Assembly: GCA_965224165.1 (NCBI GenBank)
Contig: CBDCYM010000011.1
Coordinates: 3,622,464-3,686,463, forward strand
Length of the DNA: 64,000 bases
Source of the DNA: Methyloligellaceae bacterium
GTDB taxonomy: Bacteria > Pseudomonadota > Alphaproteobacteria > Rhizobiales > CBDCYM01
Reading direction: 5' to 3'
Every line of letters begins with the position of its first letter. Positions within the stretch are counted from its first letter, which is position 1. The translations under genes were made by a program, and so were the position numbers. The notes beneath the pieces were generated by a model, which was given only the letters and a program-made list of their open reading frames with translations, was not told where the DNA came from and made no database searches. Below, in pieces: positions 39,409 to 47,550 of the stretch.

Positions 39409-39849
39409 ATGCCTACGCTCTATCAACACAAACAAAAAGCACCTTTTATGACTCTTTTCATCGTAGCAATTGCTACGATGATTGCCCTCGTCGGAGGGGT
39501 ATCTTTCTCACCGCTTATTGTTCTTGTGGCATTTCTCATTGCATTAGTCGGTATTATTTTCTCCTCCCTGACGGTTGTATTAAATGAGAAAGAATTAACC
39601 TGGTTCTTTGGACCAGGCTTATGGACTTACCGATTGCCGCTTGAAAATATTGTCAGTGTAGAAACTGTTAGGAATCGTTGGTGGTATGGTTGGGGCATTC
39701 GTTACACGCCGCATGGTTGGCTCTATAACGTGGCCGGACTTGAGGCCATCGAAATTTTGAGAAAGGATGGTAAGAAACGGCGGATTGGTACGGACCAGCC
39801 GTCACAATTGGCTGAAGCAATAAAAAAAGCCATTGCTGACGAGAAGTAA
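39409..39849 (+). CDS. Small membrane protein of unknown function (two TM + soluble C-terminal domain)
   Basis: Hydrophobic N-terminus (LFIVAIATMIALVGG..., LIVLVAFLIALVGIIFSSL). No recognisable catalytic motif. Confidence 0.5.
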   Translation: MPTLYQHKQKAPFMTLFIVAIATMIALVGGVSFSPLIVLVAFLIALVGIIFSSLTVVLNEKELTWFFGPGLWTYRLPLENIVSVETVRNRWWYGWGIRYTPHGWLYNVAGLEAIEILRKDGKKRRIGTDQPSQLAEAIKKAIADEK

Positions 39850-39871
39850 GACACCCTTACAGCCTAACGGC

Positions 39872-41452
39872 CTATTCGAGTTCTTTTGTTTTTGCAAATT
39901 CGATGCTCTCATTTTTTTTCATGTGATAATCAAGTTCCCAAGCGCCATTGGCTAAGAAAACCGGATTGCCATTACGGTCCCGGACCACATTATTGCTGTT
40001 AGCCCCAAGGAATGCTTCCAGTGCCGGCTTGTCTTTTGAGTGCAACCAGCGTGCGGTTGTGTAGGGTACACCTTCGAAATCTATATCGATCCTATATTCC
40101 TGCTTTGCGCGCGAAGCTAACACATCAAGCTGCAGCATACCAACGACACCGACAATCCAATTGGAACCAAGTGATGGCTTAAAAACTTGGACCAACCCTT
40201 CATCCGCTAAATCTTCAAGGGCTTGACGAAGTTGCTTTATGCGGGTTGTGTCTCCTAGACGTACCCGGCGAAGAATTTCGGGTGCAAAAACAGGAAGGCC
40301 GGTGAAACGTAAACTTTCGCCTTCGGTGAACGTATCGCCAACACGGATTGTACCGTGATTGGGAATGCCTATTACATCGCCAGGGCCGGCATCCTCGGCA
40401 ATCTCCCGATCTTGAGCTAAAAATAAGATAGGGCTGTGCACCATAATATCTTTGCCCGTGCGAACCTGTTTTAATTTCATACCCCTGCGAAAACATCCAG
40501 ATGAGACGCGCAAGAAGGCAACCCGGTCTCGATGATTACGATCCATATTGGCTTGAACTTTAAAGATAAACCCGGTGACAGCTTTTTCTCCCGGCTCGAC
40601 AAGCCGACACTCTGATGGGCTTGGACGCGGTGCCGGAGCATTTTCAGCAATTAAATTGATTAAAGCCTCGACGCAATAATCCTTCAAAGCGCTGCCAAAA
40701 ATCACTGGCGTGAGATGTCCTTGGGTGTAGGCTTCATGATCAAACGTCGGATAAGCAGCCTGAGCGAGCTCAATATTCTCACGCACCGTTTCTAGCAAGC
40801 GTTCTTCTGGAACCAAGTCATCCAATTTAGCATCACTAGATCCTTCGCAATGGATGACTTTATCGAATGCCCCGCCCCTGCCCTGACTGCTTGTCAGAAA
40901 ATCTCCTCCCGCCAACTCAAAACATCCGTAAAATTCGCTCCCCATTCCCACCGGCCAGATCAGGGGCGCAACATCAAGTGCAAGTTTTTCCTGTATTTCA
41001 TCTAGCAGCTCAAAAGGGTCGCGACCCTCCCGATCTACTTTGTTGATAAATGTGATAATGGGAATATTACGCAGCCTGCAAACTTCAAAAAGCTTCAGAG
41101 TTTGGCTTTCAATACCTTTAGCCGCGTCAATGACCATGATAGCCGAGTCAACCGCGGTTAATGTGCGATATGTATCCTCGCTGAAATCTTCGTGGCCAGG
41201 CGTATCAAGAAGATTAAACACGAGTCCCAGATGTTCAAAAGTCATAACCGAGCTTGTGACCGAGATCCCCCGATCTTGCTCAATTTTCATCCAGTCAGAG
41301 CGGGCACGGCGCCTTTCACCCTGGGCCTTCACATGACCCGCAAGATGAATAGCCCCGCCGACAAGAAGAAGCTTTTCGGTTAGTGTCGTCTTACCGGCAT
41401 CCGGATGTGAAATGATTGCGAATGTCCGACGTCGTTGAAAATCTGAAGTCAT
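39872..41452 (-). CDS. prfC: Peptide chain release factor 3
   Basis: RRTFAIISHPDAGKTTLTEKLL G1 motif, DTPGHEDF, NKVDR, and a length of 526 aa. Confidence 0.95.
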   Translation of the reverse strand: MTSDFQRRRTFAIISHPDAGKTTLTEKLLLVGGAIHLAGHVKAQGERRRARSDWMKIEQDRGISVTSSVMTFEHLGLVFNLLDTPGHEDFSEDTYRTLTAVDSAIMVIDAAKGIESQTLKLFEVCRLRNIPIITFINKVDREGRDPFELLDEIQEKLALDVAPLIWPVGMGSEFYGCFELAGGDFLTSSQGRGGAFDKVIHCEGSSDAKLDDLVPEERLLETVRENIELAQAAYPTFDHEAYTQGHLTPVIFGSALKDYCVEALINLIAENAPAPRPSPSECRLVEPGEKAVTGFIFKVQANMDRNHRDRVAFLRVSSGCFRRGMKLKQVRTGKDIMVHSPILFLAQDREIAEDAGPGDVIGIPNHGTIRVGDTFTEGESLRFTGLPVFAPEILRRVRLGDTTRIKQLRQALEDLADEGLVQVFKPSLGSNWIVGVVGMLQLDVLASRAKQEYRIDIDFEGVPYTTARWLHSKDKPALEAFLGANSNNVVRDRNGNPVFLANGAWELDYHMKKNESIEFAKTKELE

Positions 41453-41514
41453 GTTGGCTCAATTTGGTTTCAAAATAAGGCAGCTAATATACTCGCTCGT
41501 GTCTAAGGCATCTA

Positions 41515-41916
41515 GGTCACGAACTCATAAATGTGGTTAAAAATGGTATGAGCCAATCTGTTCGAATACGAGAAGTAAAGGTGCAGGAAATGTGGTGCAT
41601 TTTCAAACCTTTGCGACGCTGTAGTCGGACAGATTGGCCATATCCTCCGGACGCTGAAACGGCTTCAATCTGCGTTTTTTTGTCTACCGCTTCGCTGCTT
41701 GAGACATTGTTGTCGAAGCGCTTGAAAAGGGAAACAACCCTTGTCTGCACGCTTCTCCTAGATCAACCCACGTTCAAGTGAATTTACTTGAACGTGGTAA
41801 AGTTGATCGATATCAAAAAATGAGAGCATCCAAGCGATTCCATCTAAACGCAGGATGCTCTTGCATCTTTTTGCCGTTTCTAGCGTCATTTTCAGCACAT
41901 TTATGAGTCCGTGACC
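41515..41916. mobile_element. MITE-like element, long form (402 bp), inverted relative to 22249-22513, carrying nested hairpin-module insertions
   Basis: Same TIRs (ggtcacgaactcataaatgtg ... cacatttatgagtccgtgacc). Extra ~105 bp at about 41759-41863 includes a perfect 12-bp stem (41768-41779 / 41786-41797). An extra ~35 bp lies near 41665-41715. Confidence 0.7.
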
Positions 41917-41982
41917 TGGAGCGTTATGATTTTTCTGCATTCAAGTGCATCCACTTGAACGCAGATTGATCTAGTTGTCAGC

Positions 41983-43836
41983 TCACATATTCTCGAGTTC
42001 TTCGCGTAACATCTCAAGTCGCAACCACTCCTCTTCACAGGCTGCCAAATCCGTTTCAGCTTGTTTGAGGGCATCTGCTGTTTTTTGAAAAGCTTGTGCA
42101 TCACGGTTATATAAATCTGGATCTTCAAGTTTTTCCTGCAAAGTGGCCACTTCAATAACTAAAGCATCCATCTTTGCGGGCAATGTTTCTAGTGCATGCT
42201 TATCTTTATAGGACAGTTTGCGCGCGTGAGGCAGGGACGATAGTTGATGAGAGTCCGTTTTACCAGCAGATTGAGCACCTTTCTTTTTCGCAAATTTATG
42301 ACCGGCATGCTTACTCTTTCCTATGCCCTCATCATTACTTGTCCGCTGGAATAACATATCGGAATAGCCACCTGCATAGCTTATCCAGGACCCATCATCA
42401 TTGCTCGCAATAATAGATGTTACCACTCGGTCAAGAAAATCGCGGTCGTGACTGACGAGAATCACCGTGCCCTTATAATCCGCAAGCAGTTCTTGTAACA
42501 AGTCAAGCGTTTCCAAATCCAGGTCATTTGTGGGCTCATCAAATACAAGCATATTTGAAGGTTTTGTGAAGGCGCGTGCCAGCATAAGCCGTCCACGCTC
42601 TCCCCCCGAGAGAGCTTCAATAGGCGTGCCTGCCTGTTCCGGTTGAAACAGAAAGTCTTTCATATAGCTGACAACATGGCATTGCTTATCACCAAGCTGA
42701 ACCATATCTCCACTTCCATCGGTCAGGGCATCTTTGAGCATGGTCGTTGGTGCCAAACTTTCGCGCTTTTGATCAAGTGTAACCAGCTCAAGCTTGGTAC
42801 CCAACTTGATGTCCCCGCTATCGGGCGCTAATTCGCCTGTCATCATTCTGATCAATGTTGTTTTACCGGCACCGTTTGGCCCCACAATTCCTATCCGGTC
42901 TTGACGATGAACTTTTAAGGAAAAATTTCGCACAACGGTCACCCCGCCCCATGCCTTTGAAACTCCCCGCGCCTCGATCACTAATTTGCCGGATACACGT
43001 CCCTCTGTCGCACGCATGGTTACCGTTTCATGTGCACGCCGGCTATTCTCAGCAAGCTTTTGGCGCTTCTCGCGCAGCTTCTGCAAATTTGCCAGGCGCT
43101 TTTGATTGCGCTTACGTCTTGCGGTAATGCCGTGAACAACCCAGTGCTTTTCCCTGACAATTTTACGATCCAACCTATGACGATCACGTTCCTCCTCTTC
43201 AAAGATTTTATCTCGCCAGGCTTCGAACTGATCAAATCCCTTATTCAAGACTCGTGTTTTCCCCCGATCGATCCAAACTGTCTTCCGGGATAAAACTTCA
43301 AGAAATCTCCTATCATGACTGATAAGTATGACAGCGGATTTGAGTCTCGATAATTCCTGCTCCAGCCATTCAATAGCTGGTAGGTCCAGGTGATTTGTTG
43401 GCTCATCAAGCAATAAAATATCGGGTTCGGGTGCTAAAACGCGGACAAGAGCAGCACGGCGCATCTCGCCACCCGAGAGCGCTCCCGGTTTTTCCAAACC
43501 TGTTAAACCTAACTGTTCCAGGAAATAACTTGCACGATAGGGATCATCCCCCGGTGCTAAGCCCGCATTCACATAGGCGTTCACGCTTTCGAAAGCGGAA
43601 AGATCCGGCTCTTGTTCAAGATATTGTATTGTTATGCCGGGACGGATAAAACGCTCACCCTGATCAGCCTCTGCCAGGCCTGCCGCGATTTTTAGAAGCG
43701 TTGACTTGCCAGAACCATTGCGGCCAACCAGGCAAATTCGATCTCGCTCCAGGAGCATTAGATCAGCCCCTTCGAGCAGAGGCGTGCCACCAAAGGTCAA
43801 ATGAATATCTTGAAGTGTAAGAAGTGGGGAAGCCAT
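41983..43836 (-). CDS. ABC-F family ATPase (Uup-like, two NBDs + C-terminal coiled coil)
   Basis: Walker A GRNGSGKST and GPNGAGKTT, signatures LSGGEMRR and LSGGERGR, no TMD. Confidence 0.9.
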   Translation of the reverse strand: MASPLLTLQDIHLTFGGTPLLEGADLMLLERDRICLVGRNGSGKSTLLKIAAGLAEADQGERFIRPGITIQYLEQEPDLSAFESVNAYVNAGLAPGDDPYRASYFLEQLGLTGLEKPGALSGGEMRRAALVRVLAPEPDILLLDEPTNHLDLPAIEWLEQELSRLKSAVILISHDRRFLEVLSRKTVWIDRGKTRVLNKGFDQFEAWRDKIFEEEERDRHRLDRKIVREKHWVVHGITARRKRNQKRLANLQKLREKRQKLAENSRRAHETVTMRATEGRVSGKLVIEARGVSKAWGGVTVVRNFSLKVHRQDRIGIVGPNGAGKTTLIRMMTGELAPDSGDIKLGTKLELVTLDQKRESLAPTTMLKDALTDGSGDMVQLGDKQCHVVSYMKDFLFQPEQAGTPIEALSGGERGRLMLARAFTKPSNMLVFDEPTNDLDLETLDLLQELLADYKGTVILVSHDRDFLDRVVTSIIASNDDGSWISYAGGYSDMLFQRTSNDEGIGKSKHAGHKFAKKKGAQSAGKTDSHQLSSLPHARKLSYKDKHALETLPAKMDALVIEVATLQEKLEDPDLYNRDAQAFQKTADALKQAETDLAACEEEWLRLEMLREELENM

Positions 43837-43913
43837 GCCGGGGTCTTAGCGCGGCATGTTAAAGCGTGCAAGTCTTGTCAATACAGAGGAACGCTAAAGT
43901 TCTAGATCAAGGA

Positions 43914-44267
43914 TCAGACAACTTCATTGACAGAAGGCTGAGCCTCGGTATCAGTTTCCGCCGCAAGTACATATGCGCGAACATTAAGTTGTACTTCGCT
44001 TGGAATCTGAACGACAACCGAGCCGCTATCTTCGCTAATCAATTTAAAGACAACGCTTTGAGTTTCAGGATCAATCTCAACACTTCTGAAGGTCGAGTGA
44101 GAATCCGAATTTGCCTCTTCCTCCACAAAGGAAACATCCTCATTAGATTGAGGTGCTTCAGGCTTAGATTGAAGCACTTCAGCCTTCCCCTGCGGTGCTG
44201 GTCGAGCTTGTCTAACCTGTTCGACATGCACAGGGGGTGCATTGCTCTGTGTTACCAAACCATCCAT
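43914..44267 (-). CDS. FlaG-like small protein
   Basis: The C-terminal block SVEIDPETQSVVFKLISEDSGSVVVQIPSE resembles the FlaG family core (LxFxxDxxTxxxVVKVxDxxTGEVIRQIPxE). Confidence 0.45.
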   Translation of the reverse strand: MDGLVTQSNAPPVHVEQVRQARPAPQGKAEVLQSKPEAPQSNEDVSFVEEEANSDSHSTFRSVEIDPETQSVVFKLISEDSGSVVVQIPSEVQLNVRAYVLAAETDTEAQPSVNEVV

Positions 44268-44608
44268 GACGACTCACTATCACACTATTTAGTGTCATTA
44301 TTAGTATCGTTTTCTCCCACCTACTACCCTAACGCAACATGATTTTAGCATGCCTCTGTTAACGGACAGTTAATTCGAATCAATGTCTCGATTTATGTTA
44401 AGAAACGGCCCCTTTAGGTCATTTTTCTTCGGATTCTCTGTTAAATCCAGCAATTAATAATCTCCACCTTAGATTGGCAGTACTTTAAATTGAACCTTTC
44501 GCGGTCTTGACGCGTCATAGAAATATTGACGAAGCTTTTGTTCAGTGGGCCCCATCCAATTACAGATGACCCTGTGGCACCACTGGTTAAGGTCGAGAGA
44601 GACAAGCC

Positions 44609-47224
44609 ATGAAATGTAAATATTTTGGGTTATTTCTAGGGAGTTTAGCCACCTTCACACTATTTGCACCCTGCGCACTGCACGCACAAGACTCCAGCGG
44701 CTATTATCGTATTCCCTATAACAATGGCACAAAGGTAAAGGTGACAAGAGATCACGCCAGCCATGCACCAGTCGAAAACCGCATCGACATGGTGGGGAAG
44801 GACGGAGGCGGTGAGTATGCGATCGTTGCCGCAGCGGACGGTGTAATCCGCATGATAGAAGATAGCTTCGATAAACGTCAGAACAGCAGTGAAGTCTCTC
44901 AGTGCAATAACAATTATGTCTGGATTGAACACGACAATGGGGAATGGACCAAATATTCCCACATGAAAAAAGGCTCCACCACCGGCCCCGGATCATTTGG
45001 CGCAAATTTAAAAGTAGGCGACCGCGTCAAGGCCGGCGATTTTCTCGGCTGGGAAAGCAATGTTGGTTGCGCCTCTGGAGATCATCTGCATTTTGAGGTC
45101 GCAAAAATCGCTTCAACAGCAGAAATCAATAGTGTTGGTGGTTTTGTCGACAGCAGCAGTAAAAACCGCATTCCACGTGTTTGTGCTGTGCCTGGATGGA
45201 AATACAGAGATGGCAGAACTTATACCGCCGTTGGCTTCGGCCTCCCTATTTATCGAGACAAGGATTACAAGGGGGCGGCAAGAGCCTTCATTGGTACAGT
45301 CAAAAACTACCCAGACCTGCACGGCCTTGGTTTTGGCGACAATGTTTCTTCGATACTCACCCCATGCCCCGATAAGCTCTACGCCATTTTTTATGAGCAC
45401 AAAAATTATGGCGGACGCGCTCTCTATTTTGATGGCTTTGGTTCTTTCGATGACACAGGTCGTTTTGGCTTTAACGACAATATTTCATCGATGAAGCTTT
45501 TCACCAAACCGCGGACAGGCATTAGCGTCTTTGAGCACGACAAATATCGCGGCAAATCAACCTTCCTGTCAGGTTCAATTGCAGACCTAAACGCGCTTGG
45601 CCTAAACGATCGTATCTCTTCAATCAAAACCCACGGCCAAGTCAAAGTGCAGGTCTATGAGCACAAAAACTTCCAAGGCAAAAGCCGAACCGTAACCAAA
45701 TGGACGCAAAACACCAAGTCCATCGATATGAACGACAATATCTCGTCCATTAAATTTATACCCCCACCTTTTAGAGTCACCAAAGCATCGTTGAAATTCA
45801 AAGTACACAAAAGCAATGTTTGTAAGAAAAAGATAACCATAGAGACCGAGTTCGAAACCAATCAAGCAGGCACGGTCGTCTATAGGCGCGAGCGCCAGGG
45901 CGGATCACCCAGTGGTTGGGTGTCGCTTAAATCAAAGAAAGTCGGCTCAAAATTCATCGCGAAAAAGACGGAAACGCAGTGGGTCACAGATCTTGATCAA
46001 ATGCGCCGTGTAAAGGTCAAAGATAGCCCAATCGTATCTGCGTGGGAGCATTATAAAGTGAAATGCCCACCATTTAAGATTACGGATGTAAGCTATAGTT
46101 TTCGCGCTGAGCCGGGATACAAATGCCCGCGTGAGATCACAGTCCTCGAAACTTACAAAGCCAATGGCCCGGGCCAGTTTTTGCGCCGGAGAGAACGCCA
46201 GGGCGGACCGCCCAGCGAGTGGATTAAAACAGATGTCAAATTACAAAGAACGACATATAGCGCAACATTTCAAACGAAACAGAACGTAGGTGAGATATCT
46301 CAAACCCGCCGCGTTGTTGCACGATCGGTGACGGGTAAGAACCGGCCGGCAAAATATTTTAAGAAATCATCCAAATGGGTGAAAATGCAGGTCAAGTGCC
46401 TGGACATAAAGCAGTCCGCCATCATTTTTGACGGTAAAGACACCGGGACATGCAAATTCAAGACAAAAGTGAAACTGCGCGTCAATGCTGATATGCAGGC
46501 AGACCTGCCGTATCAGTTTGATTGTGCTGACGGACAATCAAAAAAAGGTACGTTCTCTATCAAAAAAACCGGAAAGAACACTTTTATCGGTGTTGACACT
46601 GTAAAGCTGAACGTCACGAAAACCGGCAAACAAGCTTGCGCCTTAAAAGCTGATTTGGGCAAAGGGCTGAAAACTCTGACCTTCCAGGGTAAAGATTTTA
46701 CTTGTAAGGAAGTCCTTGATGCCGCGATCTACATTGATGGTCCTGCCAAGGGTAAATGTCCAACAGATCTACCGGTGAGAGTGAGAGTAAATGCACGCGA
46801 CCGTCACGCCGTTGGCTTTAATCTGAAATGCACAACGGGTGAAAATTGGAACGGTAAATTGAAGGTCAAAAAAACCGGGCCTAATACGTTCATTGGGGTG
46901 ATGACCAAAAAAATCAAGGTCAAGAAAAGCGGTAAAATTGCCTGTGCGCTGAGAAGCACGCTGACGGGCAAATCCAAGGTCATCGCTTTGCGTGGCAAAG
47001 ACTATCAGTGCGCGTCTAGGGTGATTCCGACACCTCCAGGAAAAATTACAACAGGTGATCAACCTATAAAGAAAGTACGCTGTATCGGCGGAAAGCCAAA
47101 AGGTAAGAGTTGCCGATGCCCCAAGGGCGCAAAATTGCGCAAGCTAAAGGTCAATACCTATCGGTGCTTCTGCCCGAGTGGTACGAAACTCTTGCGCGGC
47201 ATCTGTGCAAAGCCAGCCGCATAG
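44609..47224 (+). CDS. Secreted mosaic protein: M23 peptidase + 4 beta/gamma-crystallin Greek-key motifs + 4 Cys-bracketed modules + Cys/Lys tail
   Basis: Signal peptide (FTLFAPCALHA-QD). M23 motifs HAPVENRID and SGDHLHFEV. Greek-key motifs YRDKDYKG, YEHKNYGG, FEHDKYRG, YEHKNFQG, each followed by ND-x-ISS. Repeated ~100-aa modules from about 45764 to 47000. Confidence 0.85.
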   Translation: MKCKYFGLFLGSLATFTLFAPCALHAQDSSGYYRIPYNNGTKVKVTRDHASHAPVENRIDMVGKDGGGEYAIVAAADGVIRMIEDSFDKRQNSSEVSQCNNNYVWIEHDNGEWTKYSHMKKGSTTGPGSFGANLKVGDRVKAGDFLGWESNVGCASGDHLHFEVAKIASTAEINSVGGFVDSSSKNRIPRVCAVPGWKYRDGRTYTAVGFGLPIYRDKDYKGAARAFIGTVKNYPDLHGLGFGDNVSSILTPCPDKLYAIFYEHKNYGGRALYFDGFGSFDDTGRFGFNDNISSMKLFTKPRTGISVFEHDKYRGKSTFLSGSIADLNALGLNDRISSIKTHGQVKVQVYEHKNFQGKSRTVTKWTQNTKSIDMNDNISSIKFIPPPFRVTKASLKFKVHKSNVCKKKITIETEFETNQAGTVVYRRERQGGSPSGWVSLKSKKVGSKFIAKKTETQWVTDLDQMRRVKVKDSPIVSAWEHYKVKCPPFKITDVSYSFRAEPGYKCPREITVLETYKANGPGQFLRRRERQGGPPSEWIKTDVKLQRTTYSATFQTKQNVGEISQTRRVVARSVTGKNRPAKYFKKSSKWVKMQVKCLDIKQSAIIFDGKDTGTCKFKTKVKLRVNADMQADLPYQFDCADGQSKKGTFSIKKTGKNTFIGVDTVKLNVTKTGKQACALKADLGKGLKTLTFQGKDFTCKEVLDAAIYIDGPAKGKCPTDLPVRVRVNARDRHAVGFNLKCTTGENWNGKLKVKKTGPNTFIGVMTKKIKVKKSGKIACALRSTLTGKSKVIALRGKDYQCASRVIPTPPGKITTGDQPIKKVRCIGGKPKGKSCRCPKGAKLRKLKVNTYRCFCPSGTKLLRGICAKPAA

Positions 47225-47550
47225 TTACAGGCAAAAAACATCGTCATACGCCAGTTGCTAATGGACCGGTCGATTTTCTTATGACACGCTTTCCACTTCA
47301 GCGACCCTGCAGATTTAAATCCTCGTGTCACAAAGGGATTAATTCACACGGCCGCTTGATAGCGATGGGCACGCATATACTTATTCCTCACCCTCAATGC
47401 AGGTGCTTGCCCAAGCATCACATATATGAACCTTTCCGCACATCATGACGACAAATAAATACTACAGCGCGGTTAGGAGACACGGATCGAAAATGGTTTC
47501 GCATAATACTCCTCCCGCCACTGGTAATACCAGAAACCCGGGAGGGAAAA

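Noticed and set aside
41560-41580. A tRNA-like T-arm string (ctgttcgaatacgag), also at 22463-22475.
   Set aside because: No acceptor stem, D-arm or anticodon arm can be built around it, and it is part of the MITE body. No tRNA genes were found anywhere in the window.
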